DNA from: a virus
Lineage: Duplodnaviria > Caudoviricetes
Strand: one strand, 5' to 3'
Virus record (IMG/VR): IMGVR_UViG_2799112265_000002
Span: 1 to 64,000 of that record
Length of the DNA: 64,000 bases
Made by a program: the position numbers and the translations under genes. Under the pieces are notes generated by a model that was not told the DNA's origin, did no database searches, and saw only the letters and a list, made by a program, of their open reading frames with translations. Positions within the stretch are counted from its first letter, which is position 1; each line of letters opens with the position of its first letter. Of this stretch, positions 57,559 to 64,000 are shown piece after piece.

Positions 57559-58293
57559 ATGTCGCTTAATACCTCGGTCGCTCCGGCGGCCGTCACCTTC
57601 CGCAGCACGATCACCGCGACGCTCGACACCGAGACCGTTGCCGGGTCGGACGCCAAGATCTGTAAGGCCGCCCGGGTCTCCACGGTCGGCGCCGCCGCGG
57701 CGGAGACCGGTGAAGCCCGCGGCCTGATCAACTACCTCATGAAGAACAGGCACGGCTCCCCGTTCGAGCACGCGCAACTGTCCTTCCTCGTCGAGGCCCC
57801 GATCTTCGTCGCCCGCGAGTTCATGCGTCACAGGGTCGGCTGGAGTTATAACGAAACCAGCGGCAGGTACCGGGAGTTGGAGCCCGTCTTCTACATGCCG
57901 CCGGCCTCCCGCCCTCTGGTCCAGGTCGGCAAGGCGGGGGAGTACTCCTTCGAGCACGGCACCCACGAGCAGTACGACGCCGTCGAGCACTCCTTCGGCG
58001 TCATCTACCGCGCCGCCTACAGCCACTACCAGCAGATGCTGGGCCGGGGAGTGGCCCGCGAGGTCGCCCGCAGCGTCCTGCCGGTCGGCACGTTCACCTC
58101 CTTCTACGCCACCTGCAACCCGCGGTCGCTGATGCACTTCCTCAGCCTGCGTACCACCTCCGCGTGGGCCACCTTCCCCTCTTTCCCCCAGGAGGAGATC
58201 GAGCGGGTCGCCGACGACATGGAGAAGGCATTCTCCCTGCACTTCCCACTCACGTGGGAGGCCTACCTCGACAACGGAAGGGTCTGCCCGTGA
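57559..58293 (+). CDS. thyX: Flavin-dependent thymidylate synthase
   Basis: HGSPFEH, RHRVGWSYNETSGRY, AREVAR.VLP. Confidence 0.95.
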   Translation: MSLNTSVAPAAVTFRSTITATLDTETVAGSDAKICKAARVSTVGAAAAETGEARGLINYLMKNRHGSPFEHAQLSFLVEAPIFVAREFMRHRVGWSYNETSGRYRELEPVFYMPPASRPLVQVGKAGEYSFEHGTHEQYDAVEHSFGVIYRAAYSHYQQMLGRGVAREVARSVLPVGTFTSFYATCNPRSLMHFLSLRTTSAWATFPSFPQEEIERVADDMEKAFSLHFPLTWEAYLDNGRVCP

Positions 58294-58451
58294 GCCGCCG
58301 AAACGACGACCGTCCCACCGTCATCGCCCTCCTGGCCCTCGCCGCCGTCCTCCTCTCCCTGAGCACCTGGGCATGGACCTCCGCCCCCTGCGGGATGTGG
58401 AAGTGGGAGAAGGCCGGCGACGTGCCCGCCCGGTGCGTGATGCACCGATGA
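58290..58451 (+). CDS. Small membrane protein
   Basis: TM helix; coupled at both ends. Confidence 0.55.
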   Translation: MSRRNDDRPTVIALLALAAVLLSLSTWAWTSAPCGMWKWEKAGDVPARCVMHR

Positions 58452-58837
58452 ACACCCCCCTCCTCGTCACCGTGATTGCCGCGTGGGTCGGCGTTCTGCT
58501 CTTCATGGCCTGGACCCTGATCAACGTCGCCGCCGAGCGCGACAGGCTGAAGGACGAACTGATCATGGAGCGCGTCCGGCGCCGGAAGATCGAAGAAGAG
58601 TCCCTGGCCCTGGTCGAGAAGGTCACCCCGCTGATCGAGAAGACCGACTGGATGACCGGCCGCTGGCACGGCCAGTTCAACACCCTCGTCCGCATGGAGA
58701 ACCGCCGGAACGAGAGCGTGGACGCCGCCCGCCGGGCCCTGTGGAGCATCCCCCTCGTCGCCGAGCACATCAGGACCAGCCTCACCTTCGGCGACCACCT
58801 GAACGTCACCGAGTACCGCAACGGAGAGAGCAAGTGA
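58448..58837 (+). CDS. Membrane-anchored coiled-coil protein
   Basis: N-terminal TM helix. Confidence 0.6.
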   Translation: MNTPLLVTVIAAWVGVLLFMAWTLINVAAERDRLKDELIMERVRRRKIEEESLALVEKVTPLIEKTDWMTGRWHGQFNTLVRMENRRNESVDAARRALWSIPLVAEHIRTSLTFGDHLNVTEYRNGESK

Positions 58838-59433
58838 ACGCCACCACCGCCCCCGTCGACCCCGACACCGAGATCGTCGAGTCCTGGCTGCCGCGGTACA
58901 TCGGCCTCCACGGCTTCGCCGGCACCGGCAAGGACGCCGTCGCCAAGATCCTCGCCAACTACGGGTACGAGCGGGTCGCCTTCGCCGACGTCCTGCGCGA
59001 GGCCCTGTACGTCCTCAACCCGATCGTGTCGTACGGCTACACGGGACAGCAGTGGCTGAGCGAGGTCGTCGACCACCTCGGATGGGACCTGGCCAAGCGC
59101 GAGTACCCGGAGATCCGCCGGATGCTCCAGGTCCTCGGCACCGAGGTCGGCCGCGAGATGATCGACCAGAACGTCTGGGTCAACTCGGTGTTCAAGAAGT
59201 TGGAGGAGGGCAAGAAGTACGTCTTCACCGACGTCCGCTTCGTCAACGAGCACCAGGCGATCGACTCCCGCCTCGGCCTGCTGGTCAAGATCGACCGCCC
59301 CGGCTACGGCCCCGTCAACGCCCACAAGAGCGACAAGGGCCTGCCCGACGAGTGGTTCGACGTCCGGATCGTCAACGACGGCAGCCTTGAGGACCTTAAT
59401 ACCAAGGTGCGCGAGATGCTGAGGCTCGCATGA
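58834..59433 (+). CDS. Deoxynucleoside monophosphate kinase
   Basis: G.AGTGKD, FAD.LR, R..LQ.LGTE.GR, TDVRF.NE. Confidence 0.9.
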   Translation: MNATTAPVDPDTEIVESWLPRYIGLHGFAGTGKDAVAKILANYGYERVAFADVLREALYVLNPIVSYGYTGQQWLSEVVDHLGWDLAKREYPEIRRMLQVLGTEVGREMIDQNVWVNSVFKKLEEGKKYVFTDVRFVNEHQAIDSRLGLLVKIDRPGYGPVNAHKSDKGLPDEWFDVRIVNDGSLEDLNTKVREMLRLA

Positions 59434-59768
59434 CGAACCGGTCGAAGCAAAAGGGCACCAGTTTCGAGTCTTCCGTCCTCCCGGCCATCAAGGAGAAGCA
59501 GCCGCTGGCCGAGCGCCGGGCCCTGGAGGGAAAGCAGGACAAGGGAGACTTCTACATCCCCGGCGAGGACCGCTTCGTGATCGAGGCGAAGAACCACAAG
59601 GAGATGGACCTCTCCGGCTGGCTGAGGGAAGCCACCACCGAGGCCGCCAACGCGAATGTCCCCCACGGAGTCGTATTCCACAAGAAGAGGGGTACCACGG
59701 ACCCGAGAGAGCAGTACGCGACCATGAAGGTCGGTACGTTCCTCGACCTGGTTTACCCGGAAGAGTAA
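59430..59768 (+). CDS. Holliday junction resolvase (Hjc-like)
   Basis: SKQKGTSFE, DKGD, IEAKN. Confidence 0.8.
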   Translation: MTNRSKQKGTSFESSVLPAIKEKQPLAERRALEGKQDKGDFYIPGEDRFVIEAKNHKEMDLSGWLREATTEAANANVPHGVVFHKKRGTTDPREQYATMKVGTFLDLVYPEE

Positions 59769-59775
59769 CTAGGTG

Positions 59776-59820
59776 ACGCAGCAGGCCCCAGGTGAGGACG
59801 ACACCCTGGGGCCTGTTGTC
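59776..59820. terminator. Stem-loop ending the replication operon
   Basis: GCAGGCCCCAGG / CCTGGGGCCTGT. Confidence 0.7.
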
Positions 59821-59889
59821 ATTAACACAAGATTCCTGTGCCTCCGTATTCTCGAATTGTGATCAGAATCGGACACACAGGAGTCATCA

Positions 59890-60189
59890 ATGGGAGTTCA
59901 GTACGACGACGAGGGGGCCGGTAACGAGGCCATCCTGCGCGTCAAGAGTTCTTCGAGCGCGGCCAGCCTGGCCAGCGCCATCTCTCACGCCGTTTATGAC
60001 GGCAAGCGGGTGACCCTACGAGCCATCGGGGCCGGAGCGGTAAATCAAGCCATGAAGGCCATCGCCATCGCGAACTCGTTCGTGGCGCCCCGCGGAATCG
60101 TGCTCGACTGCCGGCCCGGATTTACCACCGTCACCACGCAGGATGCCGGAGATATCTCCGCGCTGCTGCTGCGGATCTTCGTCCACTGA
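59890..60189 (+). CDS. spoVS: SpoVS-family (Alba-like) protein
   Basis: LRV.S.S....LA.AI...AIGAGAVNQAMKAIAIA..F....G......PGF. Confidence 0.9.
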   Translation: MGVQYDDEGAGNEAILRVKSSSSAASLASAISHAVYDGKRVTLRAIGAGAVNQAMKAIAIANSFVAPRGIVLDCRPGFTTVTTQDAGDISALLLRIFVH

Positions 60190-60245
60190 CGTTCTAATCC
60201 GCTGCCTTTTCGTCTCTACACTGGGTTTGATCCAGTGGAGGCGTA

Positions 60246-60527
60246 ATGAATGGTGTGGCGGAAGAAGGACGCAACGGCTCCTTCTCGACCGGAGCTATGG
60301 AAACTAAGTTCCCGTCGATAAACCTCCAGCCCGTGGCGCGATTCCAGCCGACATCGGTATTCGACGAGACGCAGGTTCGCGGCTCAGCGAACGGCCTGGG
60401 TTCCGAGGACTACGACCGTAAGCGCATCGGCGGGGGATTCGCCCCGTCCACTAACGGCGCCTCGAAAGGGACCTACGACAAGCGGCTGTGGATCGACAAG
60501 AACCCGTACCGAACCATCGGCGGCTGA
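60246..60527 (+). CDS. Hypothetical protein
   Basis: GGAGG RBS. Confidence 0.65.
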   Translation: MNGVAEEGRNGSFSTGAMETKFPSINLQPVARFQPTSVFDETQVRGSANGLGSEDYDRKRIGGGFAPSTNGASKGTYDKRLWIDKNPYRTIGG

Positions 60528-60541
60528 TTAAGGAGCCAGCA

Positions 60542-60883
60542 GTGGCGAAGAAGAAGAACAGCGGCATCACGACGACGGACAACCCGTCGCTGCGGCCGAC
60601 CATGGGCACCGACGCCTCCCGGCTGGCCAACGTCGCCAAGCCGATCAAGGGCCGCAGCGTGCCGAAGAAGGGCAACGCCAAGGGCGGCTTCCTGGAGGCC
60701 GCGACCGCCAAGCACCGCCCCGGCATCCTGGAGCGCAACGGCGCCTCCCTGCGGCCTACCGCGATCCTCTACCAGGCCAACGCCGCCGAGGCCGGCGCGG
60801 TCCAGCGCAACGTCGTGACCGTTCCGTCCGCCATCGGCAACCGGGACTTCTACGCGAGGCGCCAGTACGGCCAGGGCATGTGA
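60542..60883 (+). CDS. Basic hypothetical protein
   Basis: AAGGAG RBS, Lys-rich. Confidence 0.65.
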   Translation: MAKKKNSGITTTDNPSLRPTMGTDASRLANVAKPIKGRSVPKKGNAKGGFLEAATAKHRPGILERNGASLRPTAILYQANAAEAGAVQRNVVTVPSAIGNRDFYARRQYGQGM

Positions 60884-60896
60884 GCAGGTAGCGACC

Positions 60897-61454
60897 ATGT
60901 CCAGCAACTGGCAGTACTTGCCACCGATGGGCATCGGGCAGCCGGGCGCTCCAGTGCGCGCGAATGGTGGAGCAGGAACAGATGGGCTCACCTTCCGCGA
61001 TGGTCTGGACGCCCGGCGCGCTGCTATGGGCGCTCGCACGCCCTCCGCGGAGTACCCCGACGGCTACCTCGGCACGATCAACGACAGACGACGCGACCGC
61101 GTCATGGAGGGCGTCCAGAAGCGCCTGACCGACCGCAGCTACCAGCGCGGTGTCCACAAGGGCGACGTGATCGACCGCTCCGACTACTTCTGGCCGGACG
61201 CCGGGGGAGTCAACCCCCAGGCAGGTCTCGTCTACGAGGCCCGCGGCCTGCGCTGGACCCAGTCCGGCACCCCCGAGGAGCGCCTGGCCCACATGGGCAA
61301 GAACGCAGCCCTCAGCCCCGCGGAGATGGGCGCCCTTCAGCAGAAGTACGGCATCTCCGAGGTCATGGCCGACATCGACCCGGTGCGCAGCGAGCGGCTG
61401 AAGAAGCTGCTGCCGTCCGCCTCCCCGTACAACTCGCCCGACCAGTGGAGGTGA
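60897..61454 (+). CDS. Hypothetical protein
   Basis: Codon usage and RBS. Confidence 0.7.
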   Translation: MSSNWQYLPPMGIGQPGAPVRANGGAGTDGLTFRDGLDARRAAMGARTPSAEYPDGYLGTINDRRRDRVMEGVQKRLTDRSYQRGVHKGDVIDRSDYFWPDAGGVNPQAGLVYEARGLRWTQSGTPEERLAHMGKNAALSPAEMGALQQKYGISEVMADIDPVRSERLKKLLPSASPYNSPDQWR

Positions 61455-61569
61455 GCGTGCGCTCGAAGGAGTTCCGCGGCCAGATCGCCGCGATCAAGAA
61501 GGCCACGCCCAAGACCCCCGACCAGTCCATCCGTGACGCGCAGAAGACACAGGGAGCAGGTTCGTCGTA

Positions 61570-63159
61570 ATGCTCACGAAGAAGGAAATCGCCGCCCAGA
61601 ACCGGGACTTCAAGGCGACACAGAGGGGCGCAGCCGCGCAGATCAAGGCGGTCACCCCGCGCGCCAACAAGAAGACGCCCGGTCCGGGAGCGTACTTCGG
61701 AAGTGGCACCCCCGTCGCTCCCAAGGACACCCCGAAGGCCTCGGAAGTCGCTCCACCGGAGGGCTCCGGCATACCCGCGGTCACCCCCAGGCAGGAGAAG
61801 AAGGCCGCGGGGGTCAAGAAGCAGTTCAACAGCATCCGCGACACCTCGACCACGACGAAGAACCTGGCCAAGCGGCAAGCCCACGAGGCGGCCCACCCTG
61901 AGCGCTGGCAGTCCATCCAGGACCACCCGGGCGCCGGGTCGAACCCCCGCCAGTCCTACGGGCTGATGGGGAACACCGACAAGGCGCCGAACCTGCACGG
62001 CCAGCAGGAGCTGGAGGCCGTCAAGCGCGAGGGCAACACCTTCGTCTCTGACACCTCCGCCGATGTCTGGCACGGCCAGCACACCATGAACCCGACCCGG
62101 GACATGATGCCGGTGAACAAGCGGTGGGAGGACCACACTCCGGCGGAGCAGGCTCGTGTGCTGCGCTCGGCTGCGAAGTTCGGCGTCACCCCCGACTCCG
62201 CGCACCGTGCGCTGGCGGCCCAGGTGGACCGCGCCTACGCCCACGAGGGCGGGCACCACGACTCCTTCTACAGCCCGGCCGAGGACCACACCCGCGACGG
62301 CTCCCTGAGCCCGCGTGCGCGCCTGAAGGTGTCCGCGCAGGAGAATGGCGTCCCCTTCGGCGTCCAGGCCGCTGCGAACGCCATCACGTCCCCGCAGAAC
62401 GTCTTCGTGCGCCCGGACAAGAACACCGGCAAGGCCGTCTACCCGAACGACGAGGCCGCCTCCCACGCGATCCAGTGGGCGAAGTCGGGCAGGACCGGCG
62501 AGCAGTACGAGCGGCACCCGGACTACTACGTCCCGGCCGCCGACAAGGTGAAGAAGATCGTCACCTCGAAGTCCGGGCAGAAGAAGATGGAACTGGTGAA
62601 GCGGGACGACGACCCCCGCGCGTACCCGGTCAACGGCTACCCGGCCAACGCGAAGACGGCGATCGACGTCACCCACCAGGTCCTCAACGGCAAGCAGTTG
62701 TCGGACGCGTGGAAGCCGACTGCCGGCGAGAAGGTCTCGGCGTATCACAACTCGTGGGTCGACCCTCACGGCTCCAGCCAGTTCTGGGTGTCCGACACCC
62801 ACTCCGGCGGTGGCGCTTTCGCCCCGCACCTGGAGGACAAGAAGGGCTCCGGCAGCCAGCAGGCCTACATGGGCATCAAGGGCATCCACGCCTTCCACGA
62901 CCACATCGCGCGGAATGTGATGCAGGAGCGGGGCCTGAATTCGCTCACCAACATGCAGTCCGCCCAGTGGAGCGAGGAGAAGCGGCGCCGCGGCGACAAC
63001 CACGACGCATCGCTTAATACCTACGGCAAGAGCGGGCTTAATACCGAGGTCCACCCGGACCAAGGTCACCTGGAGGAGGGCGGTAGCAGCCTGTCCGCCC
63101 GCGGCATTGTTCCGAGCAGCAATGCGGTGGCCGCCGCTGTACGAGGACGGCGAAAGTAA
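61570..63159 (+). CDS. Basic hypothetical protein with possible HhH-glycosylase-like C-terminal domain
   Basis: A.TSPQ, KV.AY, DTH and MQ.AQW pattern; weak assignment. Confidence 0.55.
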   Translation: MLTKKEIAAQNRDFKATQRGAAAQIKAVTPRANKKTPGPGAYFGSGTPVAPKDTPKASEVAPPEGSGIPAVTPRQEKKAAGVKKQFNSIRDTSTTTKNLAKRQAHEAAHPERWQSIQDHPGAGSNPRQSYGLMGNTDKAPNLHGQQELEAVKREGNTFVSDTSADVWHGQHTMNPTRDMMPVNKRWEDHTPAEQARVLRSAAKFGVTPDSAHRALAAQVDRAYAHEGGHHDSFYSPAEDHTRDGSLSPRARLKVSAQENGVPFGVQAAANAITSPQNVFVRPDKNTGKAVYPNDEAASHAIQWAKSGRTGEQYERHPDYYVPAADKVKKIVTSKSGQKKMELVKRDDDPRAYPVNGYPANAKTAIDVTHQVLNGKQLSDAWKPTAGEKVSAYHNSWVDPHGSSQFWVSDTHSGGGAFAPHLEDKKGSGSQQAYMGIKGIHAFHDHIARNVMQERGLNSLTNMQSAQWSEEKRRRGDNHDASLNTYGKSGLNTEVHPDQGHLEEGGSSLSARGIVPSSNAVAAAVRGRRK

Positions 63160-63162
63160 CCC

Positions 63163-63462
63163 ATGCAGAACGCAGATTCTGTCTACGACCGGTCGCATCC
63201 GTGGGATTCTCTTCCAGAGCGGATTCTCACGGACGCGCTCGGCGTCGCTGACATTCCGGGCGATGTGCTCGCACTCCAGAGCGCACCGCCCCCGGTCGTC
63301 CGGCCTCTGTTTCCTCCGAGGTTCGGATACAGGGATACGGCCCTGGGTATTCAGGACGTGCTCCAGGTAGACAAGACCTACCCGTCCCCTTCGGCGAACT
63401 TCTATACCGGAACCGAGGGCGGATATTCTGGAAGTCCACGGTCAACTATTGGGGGTTTCTGA
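63163..63462 (+). CDS. Hypothetical protein
   Basis: Packed ORF. Confidence 0.6.
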   Translation: MQNADSVYDRSHPWDSLPERILTDALGVADIPGDVLALQSAPPPVVRPLFPPRFGYRDTALGIQDVLQVDKTYPSPSANFYTGTEGGYSGSPRSTIGGF

Positions 63463-63632
63463 TGGCCGGCAAGAAGGCGCACCGGGCAGATGACAAGCGA
63501 AACTCCGGCATGTCGCACAACGTGCCTCGTACGGCACGCGCGGGTTCCGTCGGCGCCGCGAAGCCAGCAGTGATGCACTTTTTCCACGACCGGCGCAGCG
63601 GATTCAACGGAAACGGAAAGCGAGCGAGGTAA
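63462..63632 (+). CDS. Small basic hypothetical protein (56 aa)
   Basis: Manually translated MAGKKAHRADDK...; TGATG and TAATG coupling. Confidence 0.5.
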   Translation: MAGKKAHRADDKRNSGMSHNVPRTARAGSVGAAKPAVMHFFHDRRSGFNGNGKRAR

Positions 63633-63880
63633 TGGCATACGCCCCCACGCGTTCGATGAACGCAGAACTCAACGAAGGCGCCACGGACGGCAAGTACAAG
63701 AAGATCGTCGTCGACCGCGGCGGCCTCGGTGTGGCTGACTCGGCCACCGTGCGCCATCGCGTCGACCTCTACGACGTCTGGTACGGGCGTCACGAGGACG
63801 AGGTCAAGATCCGCCCCGACGGCCAGGCCGTGCACACCCCCAACTACGTCCAGACACCACCGAGCCAGGCAGGATTCTGA
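63632..63880 (+). CDS. Hypothetical protein
   Basis: GAGG RBS. Confidence 0.6.
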   Translation: MAYAPTRSMNAELNEGATDGKYKKIVVDRGGLGVADSATVRHRVDLYDVWYGRHEDEVKIRPDGQAVHTPNYVQTPPSQAGF

Positions 63881-63885
63881 GTCTG

Positions 63886-64000
63886 ATGTCCCTCCACGGA
63901 GTCGACCTCTCCAACAACAACGACGCGGCGCACGTCGCGTCCGCCATCGCGAGCAAGACCAACGCCTTCATCATCGCCAAGGCATCCGAGGGTGAGCACA
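63886..64000 (+). CDS. GH25 muramidase endolysin (N-terminus only, truncated by the window)
   Basis: MSLHGVDLSNNN...FIIAKASEG matches the GH25 G.D.S / F...KA.EG motifs. Confidence 0.75.
   Translation, partial: MSLHGVDLSNNNDAAHVASAIASKTNAFIIAKASEGEH

Larger units (their letters stand above)
2305..63045. repeat. Dispersed coding-strand 9-mer CTTAATACC (26 copies)
   Basis: + strand starts: 6606, 11296, 14646, 17132, 18723, 22763, 25667, 36402, 38058, 39709, 40313, 43266, 46587, 47811, 48599, 50587, 51155, 52059, 53573, 54830, 55274, 57565, 59395, 63013, 63037; - strand: 2305-2313. Confidence 0.95.
1..64000. mobile_element. Temperate myovirus-like phage/prophage of a high-GC actinobacterium (extends beyond the window)
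   Basis: Integrases, terminase, portal, capsid, sheath/tube/baseplate, replication genes, WhiB and endolysin in continuous phage synteny; no host housekeeping genes seen. Confidence 0.95.

Noticed and set aside
2305-63045. CTTAATACC copies as a CRISPR array or T7-like promoters (TAATAC)
   Set aside because: Only 9 bp, irregular kb-scale spacing, no spacers or cas operon; no GACTCACTATA continuation and no phage RNA polymerase in the window
2305-63045. Motif as bldA-dependent TTA codons, or as a pure LNT peptide signal
   Set aside because: TTA is never in frame; a peptide signal would not fix the rare CTT-AAT codons
40-63198. Long opposite-strand or alternative-frame ORFs (e.g. 40-2133 +, 4956-7223 -, 27830-29701 -, 48527-50383 -, 61363-63198 -)
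   Set aside because: Shadow ORFs from high-GC codon bias opposite recognisable genes
1-64000. tRNA genes, att core and LexA boxes
   Set aside because: No cloverleaf, att duplication or TCGAAC-N4-GTTCGA found by eye; att sites probably lie outside the window

Overview
The whole window is part of one high-GC actinobacterial (probably Streptomyces-like) temperate phage or prophage with a contractile tail. No host genes or att sites are visible. Left end: a large serine recombinase carrying an inserted IS5/DUF4096-like HTH, divergent from an intact tyrosine recombinase. Then come terminase, portal, scaffold, N4-gp56-type capsid, sheath, tube, tape measure, baseplate and fibre genes (5-37 kb). 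A replication and nucleotide module follows (37-60 kb): initiator with iterons, DnaC-like, DnaB, primase, SNF2, SSB, PolA, class II RNR, RecA, WhiB, Cas4-like nuclease, ThyX, dNMP kinase and resolvase. The window ends with SpoVS, unknown genes and the start of a GH25 endolysin. The strongest unexplained signal is an exact AT-rich 9-mer, CTTAATACC, found 26 times by eye. It is always on the coding strand and always read as Leu-Asn-Thr through rare codons, including inside tiny coupled mini-ORFs. Other signals: repeated hairpins that hide start codons and appear to contain promoters, a pseudoknotted intergenic RNA candidate beside the tyrosine recombinase, and a probable +1 frameshift in the tail chaperone. 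All calls are from motif recognition by eye; no database searches were run.
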